From an uncultured bacterium (lineage in GTDB: Bacteria > Verrucomicrobiota > Lentisphaeria > Victivallales > UBA1829): DNA of 64,000 nucleotides. Each line of letters starts with the position of its first letter. Position 1 is the first letter of the stretch. The stretch is from positions 36,212 through 100,211 of the forward strand of contig URKJ01000002.1 of NCBI GenBank assembly GCA_900548385.1, written 5' to 3'. Below the pieces are notes generated by a model. The model was not told where the DNA came from, did no database searches, and saw nothing but the letters and a program-made list of their open reading frames with translations. Position numbers and translations under genes: made by a program. Below are positions 1 to 9,864 of the stretch, in pieces.

Positions 1-503
1 CCGCTTTTGAGTCCATCCGCCTCATAACAATTATGATTGATCCACTCCATTGTGCGCCCGCAGGCAAGCACATAACCAGCCATCCGGTCGCCGTACTTTG
101 ATTCGGTGTATTCCAGAAACGCATTCAGAAACTTCGTCGTCAGCTCCAGCCATTCCGGATGCAGGGCGCACGCGTTCAGGGAGTAAAAGGAATCCAGGGA
201 AAAACGCCGCGCCAGCCACAGCGGGGAATTCAGATCGACCGCACAAATGAACCGGGCGTCCGGAATAACATCCAGCACATCGCCGATATGCCGGTCCAGC
301 GAAGAGAAATCGTAACTTTCATCGTATTTCCAAATCGGCGGATAACAGCTGTACGGCTCTCCGAATGCATTGGAAGTGTGCATCGGCGAGATGGAAATCA
401 GCCGGATCCCCGCCCGTTTCATGGTTTCCAACGCTTCGGTGTCCTCTTTCAGGAATTTTCCGTAGGGAAGGCGGTACAGCATGTGGTGAGTCGTATTGTT
501 CAT
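1..503 (-). CDS. TIM-barrel glycoside-hydrolase-like protein, N-terminal part (gene continues past the left edge)
   Basis: Absent from the ORF track because it is open at position 1. Reverse-strand ATG at 503 reads MNNTTHHMLYRLPYGKFLKEDTEALETMKRAGIRLISISP...YDFSSLDRHIGDVLDVIPDARFICAVDLNSPLWLARR...YGDRMAGYVLACGRTMEW. This resembles the N-terminal barrel of GH42-type beta-galactosidases. No signal peptide. Starts 23 nt after the stop of the 527..4078 gene on the same strand. Confidence 0.4.
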   Translation of the reverse strand, partial: MNNTTHHMLYRLPYGKFLKEDTEALETMKRAGIRLISISPMHTSNAFGEPYSCYPPIWKYDESYDFSSLDRHIGDVLDVIPDARFICAVDLNSPLWLARRFSLDSFYSLNACALHPEWLELTTKFLNAFLEYTESKYGDRMAGYVLACGRTMEWINHNCYEADGLKS

Positions 504-526
504 CTTGTTCGGTACTCCATCATTCT

Positions 527-3500
527 TTATTGTGCAAGGAAAATATCAATAAACTGTGCGGGTTCTTTCTTCGCGGAGCCAAGTCCGGGAGTCAGCTGAA
601 GATAGCCGATCCGCTTTTTTCCGTCGTTCAGATTCGCAATCACGGAAATCCGCATGGACTCCCCGGCTTTCAGACGGAACGGACTCACGGCGAACGGCAG
701 GAACGCCAGTTCGTAGGTAACGCTCCCCGGTCCCACACGGATCGCGGATCTTACATCGTCCACCACGCCGAGTTTCTTGCTCAGGCTGTCATGAAGCGCC
801 AGCGAACCAAGAGTGCGGTTCACGATCGGACGCCCCTTATACATGGCGGCAGCGTACTCGAAATCGTCATCCTGATACCCGTTTGCTCCCGGCTGCGCAT
901 TTTTCAGAGTATCCATGCCGATCTGCAAACCGTCACCGCGCCATGTCCCGCCGGTTCCGTTTTCATCGACCGGATGAAAGCCGTTTTTATAAACCGTAAC
1001 CGCCATGTAGAAGCCGTCGGTATTCCAGGCGAAGCGCAGCTCCGCTTTCGCCTTTTCATCTTCCGGGCTCCATTTGCAGTAGCGGAACGAATTGTCTTTC
1101 GCGGTAAGCGTAATTGCGGGGATCCCGTTCCAGTCGTGGAGATCGCCGTCGATCGACGGAGCAGTTTTCCGATACGTTGCGGTAATGCCTTTCAGCTGGA
1201 ACGTGAACGGCTTGCCGTTGATCTCCGCTTTCAGAGGAACAGGCGTCAGACCGATCGGACGCACTGTTTCAAACGAAACCTCCGTTTTCCCTTCCGGCGT
1301 GACCGGCGGAACGGGAGCACTCTGCTGCTTCGTCACGCCCGCACTGAAAATGCGGACCGTTCCCGCCGGAAGCGTTTTTCCCGTAAGGTTCCGGATATCA
1401 AACGCAAATTCGCGGCTGTTTTTGATATTCAGGGTCGCGCGGACCGGATCACTATCGCCCCGGAGTTCCGCATTCGCGATCTCCCCGGCGAGCTCGTCTG
1501 TGGAGAGTTCCGACTCCACATAGCAGGGGTATTCCGAAAGAACAACGGAATCCGCCTGGTTCCGGGTCCCCATGAAATCATAAATATCGAACCGGCGCCT
1601 GAACGTGATCTTTTCCGGTGCTCCGCTCCATTTCCAAAGAACGGCGGTACGCTTGTGCCCATGATCGAAAATATAACAGCGGAACACGAGTCCCAGACGG
1701 ACCTGTTTCACCATCGGCGCATTTTCGATCCGGTCGGCAAGCGCTTTTGCGGCATACATGGTATAACCGGGTTTCGGCAGATAATTGTTGTCCGGATTGC
1801 CGCTGAACACCATATTGTAAGTGATCGCATAATTTCCCGTATCGAAACTGAAATCGAAAAACTTTTCACCGCCTCCGGCATAGCAGAGAATCATGGTGCG
1901 GAGAAGATTCGCGGCGGCTTTCCGGAACCTGCTGTCGAACTTGTTGTCCGCCGGATTCGCCGGGACCATCGTACCGCGTTCCGTTGCAAATACCGGAAAC
2001 CGTTTTCCGTACGATTCCGCGTCCTTCCGCATGGAAGCAAGAGTTTGCGCATAATCCGGAAGCTCCGGAAGAGTCAGGTACGGATGTTCGGTGATAATGT
2101 CCAGATACTTCCATGCTCCCTGCGCCAGAACGCTGGAGGTCCATGCGAGATCGGTATGACAGGTGGTCGGTCCGGCAAATTTCGCAGACGGATCAATGGG
2201 ACGCATCGTTTCCACAACGGTACGGATAATCCTTGCGTTACTCTCCGGCGTAATATGCTCATAACGCTCCGGATCGGGATTTTTCGCCATCCCGGCGCGG
2301 GCGTTGGGTTCGTTGATGATCTCCCACGCATCCACCATGCCCTTGTATCGCGTCGCGAGACGGCGGAGCTTCCGTTTCCACGGTTCCGGATCTTTCGGGA
2401 ACAGATGACGCTTTGTATGTTCCGGAACAGCGCGGCTCAGGCAGAACAGGACATAAAAGCCGTTTTTGTGGTAAGGTTCAATCAGGCTCTCTCCGGGAAT
2501 CATCCCGTTGAACTCCCAGATACGGACCGAGGAATAGCGGAAGTCTTTCAGATAGCGTATTCCGAGTTCCGTATTGTGCTGTGACAGATTCACGCCGAGG
2601 CGCGGGTTCGCCGTTCCGGATTTGTCAATAATACCGAGATAATAGCCATGCTTCACCCCGTCCGTGACGAGTTCCCAATGCATGGCGCCGCGCAGATTCG
2701 CGGGAGGTGTGAGAACGACCGCCGTTTCCGCTTTTCCGTTTTTCAGCGGGATAACGGTCTCCGGCGACGTCTTCACTTTTTTGCCGAAGAAGTCATACAG
2801 GTTCCAATGCAGCTTCACCGACCGTTTCGCCGGATTCACACTGGTGATTGTCAGCGTTGTTGTGATCGCTTCGCCGGGAAAATAGTAAGTAGAATCCTTG
2901 TTCAGCGTACCGCTGACTGCCAGGGATTCTTCCTTGTATTCCCCTTTGTCCGCAATGAAAAATGAAGCATTGTCGATCCAGTAAGTCCCCGGCGTCCGGA
3001 ATTCAATACGCGGAGTAAGCAGCTGATAAAGGAAGTTACTGAATTTCCCGCTCTGCCAGCCATATCCTTTCTCAGCAGGACCGCCCATTTTCGGAATCCG
3101 GAGCTGATATTTTTTCCACTCGGTCCCCACAGTCGCATTCAAACCGTAAAAACCCATTCCGGGCGCATGATGAAGACGGATCAGCACTTTCCGCCCCGGC
3201 TTGTCCGCTTTCATCCAAAGAGTCAGTACGCCCGGTTTGCCCATAACAACCGGGACCTGATTGAAGTGCATGATATAATGGGAATCGGAGTCAATTTTCT
3301 CCTTGTCGTGACGGACCGTGAATTTGAACGACGCATTCCCGGAAAGTTTTTCTGCAGTATCGGTCTCCGCGATCAGCGGATAGCGGTAGGTGTTGGAACC
3401 CCAGAACGGGGAATATTCCATTCCGGCGGTGCAGTTGATCATATTGCGGACTCCACTGGAATACCAGCCGCGTTCCGCCCCGCCGTTCACGATCAGGTTC

Positions 3501-4078
3501 CTGTCCGGATCAACCGGTATCTCTTTTTCCGGTGCATACTCAGCCTTCCCGAACGTATAGATACCGGGCTTTCTCATACGGGCGATCAGGTCCACGCGCC
3601 GGACCGTTTCCGGAATCAGCTTTTTATAATACTGCAAAGCGCCGTCTCCGGCAACGAGGAACGGTTTGTTGTTCCAGTAATGCTTTCCATCCTTATAAAC
3701 GCCGTTGAGCCCGATATGACCGGAAAGTCCGGCGGTTCCGCCGATCTCCATAGAGAAACACGCGGGCCGTGTCCGGTCCACTTTGTCCAGCGGGATACGG
3801 AAACCGATGTCGATAAACCCCGTCTCTTTCAGAAACGCATTCCGGAGATCCACATGAATGCGCCCGTTTCCGATCCAGACTTTGACTTTGCCGGCATCGA
3901 CATGACGTTTTCCCATGATACCGCCGTAAAACTTCTTTCTGTCTCCGGATTTCAACCAGTACGCCCCCTGCCGGCTGTCCTTTTCCAGAATTACGCTGTC
4001 ATTCCATTCCGGGGTAAACGCCGGAAGAGTTGTTGCGGCAAACAATCCGCAAAGAATCGCCGATACGATCCGTTTCAT
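527..4078 (-). CDS. Secreted multidomain glycoside hydrolase (clan GH-A type catalytic core, CBM9-like C-terminal module)
   Basis: 1183 aa. N-terminal signal peptide MKRIVSAILCGLFAATTLPAF. Acid/base-type motif VDAWEIINEPN and a later ITEHPY motif, as in (beta/alpha)8 clan GH-A enzymes. The C-terminus (DGDLHDWNGIPAITL...RFAWNTDGFYMAVTVYK...GDGLQIGMD) looks like a CBM9/DOMON-type sugar-binding module. Confidence 0.65.
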   Translation of the reverse strand: MKRIVSAILCGLFAATTLPAFTPEWNDSVILEKDSRQGAYWLKSGDRKKFYGGIMGKRHVDAGKVKVWIGNGRIHVDLRNAFLKETGFIDIGFRIPLDKVDRTRPACFSMEIGGTAGLSGHIGLNGVYKDGKHYWNNKPFLVAGDGALQYYKKLIPETVRRVDLIARMRKPGIYTFGKAEYAPEKEIPVDPDRNLIVNGGAERGWYSSGVRNMINCTAGMEYSPFWGSNTYRYPLIAETDTAEKLSGNASFKFTVRHDKEKIDSDSHYIMHFNQVPVVMGKPGVLTLWMKADKPGRKVLIRLHHAPGMGFYGLNATVGTEWKKYQLRIPKMGGPAEKGYGWQSGKFSNFLYQLLTPRIEFRTPGTYWIDNASFFIADKGEYKEESLAVSGTLNKDSTYYFPGEAITTTLTITSVNPAKRSVKLHWNLYDFFGKKVKTSPETVIPLKNGKAETAVVLTPPANLRGAMHWELVTDGVKHGYYLGIIDKSGTANPRLGVNLSQHNTELGIRYLKDFRYSSVRIWEFNGMIPGESLIEPYHKNGFYVLFCLSRAVPEHTKRHLFPKDPEPWKRKLRRLATRYKGMVDAWEIINEPNARAGMAKNPDPERYEHITPESNARIIRTVVETMRPIDPSAKFAGPTTCHTDLAWTSSVLAQGAWKYLDIITEHPYLTLPELPDYAQTLASMRKDAESYGKRFPVFATERGTMVPANPADNKFDSRFRKAAANLLRTMILCYAGGGEKFFDFSFDTGNYAITYNMVFSGNPDNNYLPKPGYTMYAAKALADRIENAPMVKQVRLGLVFRCYIFDHGHKRTAVLWKWSGAPEKITFRRRFDIYDFMGTRNQADSVVLSEYPCYVESELSTDELAGEIANAELRGDSDPVRATLNIKNSREFAFDIRNLTGKTLPAGTVRIFSAGVTKQQSAPVPPVTPEGKTEVSFETVRPIGLTPVPLKAEINGKPFTFQLKGITATYRKTAPSIDGDLHDWNGIPAITLTAKDNSFRYCKWSPEDEKAKAELRFAWNTDGFYMAVTVYKNGFHPVDENGTGGTWRGDGLQIGMDTLKNAQPGANGYQDDDFEYAAAMYKGRPIVNRTLGSLALHDSLSKKLGVVDDVRSAIRVGPGSVTYELAFLPFAVSPFRLKAGESMRISVIANLNDGKKRIGYLQLTPGLGSAKKEPAQFIDIFLAQ

Positions 4079-4112
4079 GCTCTGTGCTCCTTGATAATCT
4101 TTAATATTTGAA

Positions 4113-4832
4113 TTACAATCCGTTCGACGCCAGATGCAGTTTCCGCGCTTTCACTGTCAGCATATAAGGATGCTTCATACCGCCGGCATGACCATCCACG
4201 AACAGAAAATTGCTCATTGTAAACCGCTGATGAGGATATGAGATCAGGGTATAAGCGGTTGGAACAAACTTGCCCATTGTATCACTCACCGGGCTTTGAG
4301 TACACACCCAATCCATGCTCTCGCCCACCCGGATCCTCTGCGACGGTTGGGAAACTGCGGAAGATTTATAAGAAAGTGTCTTGCTGACGGCATAGTTCGA
4401 TTCCGTAATCTTAAACACTTTTTGTGGAATCAAGGCATTGCAGCCGTAATTACGCGGATGATCCGGTCCCACCAGACGGAACGAAACATCGCACCGCAGA
4501 GTAAAACAGTTGACCGCACTCACACCGTCAGAAACCACCCTCCGGATGTTCGGTTTCAAAAAACCGCCCAGATAAAGTTGCCCGAACCACCCCCTCCCCG
4601 GTCCGCTGATGCCATTAACATAAATCTGCGGAGTAACCGTGAAAGCATCCTCGTACAACGCCCATGCGGTTCCAAGCTGTTTCATGTTCCCAATGCATTT
4701 GATTTCCTGCGCTTTCTCCCTCGCCGAATTCAGAGCAGGAAGCAGAAGCGTTGCAAGAATTGCAATTACCGATATAACGACCAGCAGTTCTACAATGGTA
4801 AATCTATTCAATGAGCGACCCGTTTTTATCAT
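4113..4832 (-). CDS. Pseudopilin-like protein A (prepilin-type N-terminal domain + C-terminal DGH motif; H-to-DG spacing 11 rather than 9)
   Basis: N-terminus [41 protein letters not shown] matches the type IV pilin/T2SS pseudopilin hydrophobic helix with Glu5. The C-terminus has ...HQRFTMSNFLFVDGHAGG. Lies 34 nt upstream of the 527..4078 hydrolase. Confidence 0.85.
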   Translation of the reverse strand: MIKTGRSLNRFTIVELLVVISVIAILATLLLPALNSAREKAQEIKCIGNMKQLGTAWALYEDAFTVTPQIYVNGISGPGRGWFGQLYLGGFLKPNIRRVVSDGVSAVNCFTLRCDVSFRLVGPDHPRNYGCNALIPQKVFKITESNYAVSKTLSYKSSAVSQPSQRIRVGESMDWVCTQSPVSDTMGKFVPTAYTLISYPHQRFTMSNFLFVDGHAGGMKHPYMLTVKARKLHLASNGL

Positions 4833-4888
4833 TTATCCTCTCCCTTGTTTTTATTCCGTTTTCCATAAAATACGGTTTCTTGCTATTA

Positions 4889-4916
4889 ATTATATAAAAA
4901 AATGCGGCAAAGTCAA
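4889..4916 (-). promoter_or_regulatory. Candidate sigma70 promoter for pseudopilin A operon
   Basis: Reverse strand reads TTGACT (4916-4911), 16 nt, TATAAT (4894-4889), in an AT-rich gap upstream of the 4832 start. Confidence 0.45.
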
Positions 4917-4979
4917 GAGGGAAAAACCAAGAAAACATCTGAAAAATCGTCAAAAATATAAAATCCGGAAAAAAACGGA

Positions 4980-5858
4980 TCATTCGATCCGATAATTGCA
5001 CCGGAAAACTTTCGGGGAAAGTCCGGTATAATGACGGAACGCGGAAGAAAAATAGAGAGGATTCTCGTAACCGGTCCGGACGGCAATCTCTTTAATGCTC
5101 AGGGCAGAAGTCCGCAGCAAATTTTTTGCCAGCTCCATGCGCATCATCGTCACATACGCCATCGGCGTTTTACCGCAGTACCGGGCGAACAACCGCCCAA
5201 GCGTCGCCGGACTGACACCGGTATGCTGTGCCAGTTCCGTCAACGAAACGGAACACCGGGTATAAACGCCATGCAGATAATCCAGCGCCCGGCGCAGTGC
5301 ATCGGGATACCGCTGTTCACCTGCCAGCACTTCCCGCGACAGCATCAGAAGCATCCCCATTCCGAGCTCGGAAATCCGCTGTTCCATTCCCGGTTTCCGG
5401 TCATGAAGCAGCTGCTGTATCTCCCGGAAACGGCGTTCAAACGCCGCAGGCTCAAGCGGAGAGATCTTCATCACATCGTTCAGATGAAGCGCATTCAGCA
5501 AAAGATCCGGTGCGGAACCGCGGATCAGCAGAGTCAGTTTCTCATAACGGTCCGAATCGGTTGAATAAAAACCCGATGTTCCCCCCGGCAGGCAGAGGAA
5601 CACCTCCCCCGGCCCGATCCGTACTTTCTCCTGCTCGCGGAAATAAGTCAGCTCCCCGCTCAGCACCATTTCAATCGAAAGATACGGATAATGAATATGC
5701 CGGACACTGGTCCTGCCGGTACGGACCGTGTCCAGTACGCAGTGCGGAAAAAACGCAGCATTTGCTCCGGGGGCATAATACCATTCCTCAATCCGGCACC
5801 GGAAGTTCTTTCCCGGATAAAGTTCATCATACGAGATTTTTTCATATTTTTTCGTCAT
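4980..5858 (-). CDS. AraC-family transcriptional regulator
   Basis: 292 aa. C-terminal double HTH with LSIKEIAVRTGYENPLYFSSAFRHYTGLSPKVFR. N-terminal cupin-like sensor region. Confidence 0.85.
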   Translation of the reverse strand: MTKKYEKISYDELYPGKNFRCRIEEWYYAPGANAAFFPHCVLDTVRTGRTSVRHIHYPYLSIEMVLSGELTYFREQEKVRIGPGEVFLCLPGGTSGFYSTDSDRYEKLTLLIRGSAPDLLLNALHLNDVMKISPLEPAAFERRFREIQQLLHDRKPGMEQRISELGMGMLLMLSREVLAGEQRYPDALRRALDYLHGVYTRCSVSLTELAQHTGVSPATLGRLFARYCGKTPMAYVTMMRMELAKNLLRTSALSIKEIAVRTGYENPLYFSSAFRHYTGLSPKVFRCNYRIE

Positions 5859-7183
5859 TCCGCATACGGTTTCCCGTGAGACGGAACACCGCGGCAGGTG
5901 CGCCAGCCGTAGATCATGACAACGATAAAGCAGATCAGCGGCAGACTGAACGAGAGGTTCACCGCGGGAAAACCGGCAATGGTCTCCATATCGATAATCG
6001 CCGCCTGAAACGGCGGAAGAATGGAACCGCCGAGGATCGCCATAATCAATCCCGCCGCACCGAATTTCGCATCATCTCCCATACCGTCCAGCGCAATCCC
6101 GTAAATCGTCGGGAACATCAGCGACATACATCCCGAAACTGCCACCAGCGAATACATCCCCCAGATATTCCGGAATCCGATCACGCCGAGCGTGAAAATC
6201 CCGCCGAGCAGCGCAAGAATCATCAGCAGTTTTCCCGGTTTGAAATACCGCAGCAGGAACGTACAGACAAACCTGCTTGCACAGAACAGGATCATCGCCG
6301 CGATATTGTACTCTTGGGAAAGCACCTCCGCCGCCTTTTCCTCCATCCCCTGCGATACAAACAGCCGGGTTCCGTACTGGATAATGAAAGTCCAGCACAT
6401 GATCTGCGCCCCGATATAGAAAAATTGCGCGATCACTCCTTCCCGATAGGCGGGAATGCGGAAAATGCGCTTCAGCGTCGGCAGGAAATCAATCCGGTGC
6501 GACTTGTCCTGATTATGCGGCATCCGCGCAAAAAAGATCACAAAGAACAGAACGAGGATGACGAGTCCGATCAGCAGATACGGAGCGATGAGCGTGGAGA
6601 GTTCCGAATTTTTCAGAGTCTCGAATTCCGCTTCGCTGAGCTGCGCCCGCTCAGCGGTACCCATCGGGTTCAGACGCGCCTGAATAAAGTGCATTGCCAC
6701 ATACATGCCGCAGAGCGAACCTATGGGATTGAATGCCTGGGCAAAATTAAGACGCCGCGTCGCACTCTCCTCCGGTCCCATCGAAAGAATATACGGATTC
6801 GCGCTCGTCTCAAGGAACGAAAGCCCGCAGGTGAGAACGAAATACGCCAACAGAAACGCATAGTAGCTGCCGGTCATCCTGGCGGGAAAAAATGCAAGAG
6901 CCCCGAACGCATAGAGTCCGAGCCCGAACAGAATCCCCGCTTTATACGAATATCTGCGGATAAACATTGCCGCGGGAAACGCCATCGCGAAATACCCGCC
7001 GTAAAACGCAACCTGCACTAGAGCCCCCTCGGTTACGCTCATACGGAAAATTTTGGAAAACGCCTTGACCATCGGATTGGTGATGTCGTTGGCAAATCCC
7101 CATAGAGCGAAGCACAAAGTGATCAGAATGAACGGAACGACGAAACTAGTCCCTTTGTCATGCAGCAGTGATTCTTTTTTCAT
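5855..7183 (-). CDS. fucP: L-fucose:H+ symporter-type MFS permease
   Basis: The track ORF runs to 7435, but homology starts at the internal Met at 7183: MKKESLLHDKGTSFVVPFILITLCFALWGFANDITNPMVKAFSKIF..., typical of FucP/GlcP-family sugar symporters. 442 aa. The stop overlaps the araC-family start (ATGA-type overlap at 5855-5858). Confidence 0.8.
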   Translation of the reverse strand: MKKESLLHDKGTSFVVPFILITLCFALWGFANDITNPMVKAFSKIFRMSVTEGALVQVAFYGGYFAMAFPAAMFIRRYSYKAGILFGLGLYAFGALAFFPARMTGSYYAFLLAYFVLTCGLSFLETSANPYILSMGPEESATRRLNFAQAFNPIGSLCGMYVAMHFIQARLNPMGTAERAQLSEAEFETLKNSELSTLIAPYLLIGLVILVLFFVIFFARMPHNQDKSHRIDFLPTLKRIFRIPAYREGVIAQFFYIGAQIMCWTFIIQYGTRLFVSQGMEEKAAEVLSQEYNIAAMILFCASRFVCTFLLRYFKPGKLLMILALLGGIFTLGVIGFRNIWGMYSLVAVSGCMSLMFPTIYGIALDGMGDDAKFGAAGLIMAILGGSILPPFQAAIIDMETIAGFPAVNLSFSLPLICFIVVMIYGWRTCRGVPSHGKPYAE

Positions 7184-7317
7184 AACCGGTCTCTCCCCTG
7201 TTTCTGTCTTTTTATTATGAAATACCGAAACTTCCGCATTCACGCAACGCGGAAACATCCAATACAATAATGCCGAATCGTTACAGCCTGGGGGGTTGGC
7301 TTTTCCGAATTCTGAAT

Positions 7318-7345
7318 AATCTAACGTCCCCGGCAGAAAAGTCAA
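7318..7345 (-). promoter_or_regulatory. Candidate promoter for fucP
   Basis: Reverse strand reads TTGACT (7345-7340), 16 nt, TAGATT (7323-7318). Confidence 0.3.
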
Positions 7346-7441
7346 CCAATGACAGAAAAATATTATGAAAAATCCGGTTGAAAAAGGAAAATCAGGATTT
7401 ATACTATAAGTACTGAAAAGCAAGAACGGGAGCAAACATTG

Positions 7442-8428
7442 ATGAGTTACAAACCGCCTTTTACCGTGACGGCAGACGCGATCTCTCTGGTTGCGGAAAT
7501 ATCCGCGCTCGCGGAACGCTACGCGATCCGCCTGGAACAGTCGGATTCTCTGCGTCTCCGCAAAACAAACCGGATCCGCACAATCCGTTCCACGCTCGCA
7601 ATCGAAGGCAGTACTCTGTCAATCGGTCAAGTAACGGCAATCCTGAACGGAAAACACGTTATAGCTCCGCCCCGTGAAATCCGGGAGGTTCAAAATGCCG
7701 TTGCAGTCTATGACCTCTATTCCCGTTTTGATCCATTCTCTGTTGACGACCTTCTGAAAGCTCATGCCGGAATGACGGATTCTCTTGTAGAGCATCCCGG
7801 ACGTTTCCGAACCCGCAGTGTCGGAGTTGCGGCGGGCGAGCAGGTTATTCACCTGGCTCCTCCGGCGGAGCGGGTCCCCGCACTGATAAACGATTTGTTC
7901 CGCTGGCTGAAACACTCAAAGGATCATTTGCTGATACGAAGCTGTGTTTTTCATTATGAATTTGAATATATTCATCCGTTTGAAGACGGCAACGGCCGCA
8001 TGGGGCGTCTCTGGCAATCGCTGATCCTCGGCAAACTGCATCCGGTCTTCCGGTATCTTCCGGTCGAATCCATGATTCACGATAATCAATCCGGTTATTA
8101 CTCCGCCATCAACCACAGTACGGAACAGACCGATTCCGGAATCTTTATCGAATTTATGTTGACGGAAATCCGGAATACGCTGAAAGCACATACCAATGGC
8201 GGAGTAAATGGCGGAGTAAATGGCGGAGTAAATGCTGTAATGAACTACGTCGCACGGCATCCCGGCTGCCGGGCAACCATGATTTCCGGTGAATTGGGAA
8301 TTCCGCAACGGAGTGTGGAACGGTATCTGCACCGGTTGAAAACCGGACGAATCATCGAATTCCGCGGAGCTCCCCGGAACGGCGGGTACCATGTTCTCCG
8401 ACCGGATACATTGCCGGATTGCAATTGA
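7442..8428 (+). CDS. Fic-family protein (AMPylase-type motif) with N-terminal inhibitory helix and C-terminal winged-HTH
   Basis: Canonical Fic motif HPFEDGNGRMGR. N-terminal TLAIEG matches the (S/T)xxxE(G/N) auto-inhibition motif. C-terminal ISGELGIPQRSVERYLHRLK looks like a wHTH. The track start at 7439 is TTG; the ATG is at 7442. Confidence 0.85.
   Translation: MSYKPPFTVTADAISLVAEISALAERYAIRLEQSDSLRLRKTNRIRTIRSTLAIEGSTLSIGQVTAILNGKHVIAPPREIREVQNAVAVYDLYSRFDPFSVDDLLKAHAGMTDSLVEHPGRFRTRSVGVAAGEQVIHLAPPAERVPALINDLFRWLKHSKDHLLIRSCVFHYEFEYIHPFEDGNGRMGRLWQSLILGKLHPVFRYLPVESMIHDNQSGYYSAINHSTEQTDSGIFIEFMLTEIRNTLKAHTNGGVNGGVNGGVNAVMNYVARHPGCRATMISGELGIPQRSVERYLHRLKTGRIIEFRGAPRNGGYHVLRPDTLPDCN
8198..8233 (+). 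repeat. 12-bp tandem repeat x3 (ggcggagtaaat) inside the fic gene
   Basis: Three perfect in-frame copies encoding GGVN-GGVN-GGVN, located between the Fic core and the C-terminal HTH. Confidence 0.9.
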
Positions 8429-8526
8429 TTTTTGCGTAAAAATTTTCATCAAAAAGTTGTTTTTTCCGGCTTTACGGTCTATTGTATATATATAACAAAA
8501 TTTCTCAGAAAGGATGATGTCCGAAC

Positions 8527-9864
8527 ATGGCAAGATTATTTGGAACCGATGGAATCCGCGGTAAAGCAAATGAATATCCGATCACCCCGGAAATCGCTCT
8601 CAAAGTAGGAAAAGCGGTCGCGCAGATCTATGCGAAATCCAACGGCACGGCAAAAGCCGTTATCGGCAAAGATACCCGTATCTCCGGCTATATGCTCGAA
8701 ACCGCACTCACCAGCGGTATGCTCAGTATGGGAATGGATGTACTTGAGATCGGTCCGCTGCCGACTCCTGCCGTTGCCCACCTTGTCCGGTCCATGGGTG
8801 CGGACTGCGGGATCATGATCACCGCTTCCCACAATCCCTCCGATGACAACGGAATCAAAATTTTCAGTTCGGACGGATTCAAACTGCCGGATGAAGTGGA
8901 GGATGAAATCGAAAAAATCATCCTCGGTGAAGTCCCGGAGATCAAACCCGCCCATGTCGGCAAAGCATACCGGATCGAAGACGCCCGCGGACGCTACATC
9001 GAATTCGCCAAAAGCTCCATCCGGAACCGCAGCCTCAAAGGCATCAAAGCCGTTCTCGACTGCGCCAACGGAGCCGCCTACTATATCGCTCCGCTGATCC
9101 TCAAGGAACTCGGCGTCGAAGTCGTTGCAATCTCCACCACGCCGAACGGAACCAATATTAACGAAAACTGCGGAGCCACGCACCCCGAAGAGATGTGCCG
9201 TCTTGTCCGCGAACACCATGCGGACGTGGGCATCTCGCTGGATGGGGACGCCGACCGCGTTATCTTCTCCGATGCAAACGGCAATGTCGTAAACGGCGAC
9301 CGTATCATCGGGCTCTGCGCACTTGACTACAAAGCGGAAGGAAAACTCTCTTCCGACTCCATCGCCGTCACCAGCATGAGCAACATGGGGCTCATCGCCG
9401 CAATGAAGCAGGCAGGAATCAACGTGGAAATCACCGCCGTCGGCGACCGTTACGTCATTGAGCGGATGAAAGAGAAAAACATCAAGCTCGGCGGGGAACA
9501 GTCCGGTCACCTCATATTTTTGGATTACGCCACCACGGGAGACGGCATCATCTCCGCACTTCATGTGCTGAAACTCATGAAGGAAAAGAACATGACGCTC
9601 GCGGAAATGGCGTCGTTCATGGAAGAATATCCCCAGCATCTCGAAAGCATGAAAGTACGGGAAAAACGTCCCGTCGCCGAAATTACCGGCCTCCCGGAAC
9701 TGATCGCACAGGCGGAGCAGGAATTCGGTGAAAACGGACGGGTCGTCATCCGCTACTCCGGTACGGAAAACAAAATCCGTGTCCTCGTCGAATGCAAATC
9801 CGCTGAACTCGCCGACCGCTGGATCAAAACGCTCTGCGATCATATTAAAAAGGAGCTCTGCTGA
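8527..9864 (+). CDS. glmM: Phosphoglucosamine mutase
   Basis: MARLFGTDGIRGKANEYPITPE... and the active-site loop TASHNPSDDNGIKIF. 445 aa. Confidence 0.95.
   Translation: MARLFGTDGIRGKANEYPITPEIALKVGKAVAQIYAKSNGTAKAVIGKDTRISGYMLETALTSGMLSMGMDVLEIGPLPTPAVAHLVRSMGADCGIMITASHNPSDDNGIKIFSSDGFKLPDEVEDEIEKIILGEVPEIKPAHVGKAYRIEDARGRYIEFAKSSIRNRSLKGIKAVLDCANGAAYYIAPLILKELGVEVVAISTTPNGTNINENCGATHPEEMCRLVREHHADVGISLDGDADRVIFSDANGNVVNGDRIIGLCALDYKAEGKLSSDSIAVTSMSNMGLIAAMKQAGINVEITAVGDRYVIERMKEKNIKLGGEQSGHLIFLDYATTGDGIISALHVLKLMKEKNMTLAEMASFMEEYPQHLESMKVREKRPVAEITGLPELIAQAEQEFGENGRVVIRYSGTENKIRVLVECKSAELADRWIKTLCDHIKKELC

Noticed and set aside
365-2584. 739-aa plus-strand ORF, one of many very long ORFs antisense to annotated genes. 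Others include 8536..9843(-), 9840..10676(-), 16660..19296(+), 22037..22858(-), 25002..27455(+), 27462..29465(+), 32443..34686(-), 42901..43797(-), 44229..45329(-), 46284..47987(-), 48258..49376(-), 55569..56903(-), 57048..57983(-), 60922..61719(+), 61795..62565(+) and 62822..63787(-).
   Set aside because: Each lies opposite an ORF with clear family-level motifs. Their translations are Arg/Pro/Gly-rich and low in complexity, with no recognisable domains. This is typical of stop-free shadow frames in GC-rich DNA.
7184-7435. Upstream extension of the fucP ORF. Similar extensions exist for the giant hydrolase (29433..29546), the S41-like gene (15743..15877), the metallophosphoesterase (53814..53891), the esterase (62578..62625) and galE (62756..62836).
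   Set aside because: The extensions have no homology or signal-peptide logic. They overlap neighbouring genes or promoters. Internal starts have SD sequences and give standard N-termini.
8198-8233. Checked whether short tandem repeats or the 377-bp repeats could be a CRISPR array.
   Set aside because: The 12-bp repeat is contiguous, without spacers, and in frame inside fic. The 377-bp repeats occur twice, 3.3 kb apart, and contain a promoter and gene start. No cas genes are present in the window.
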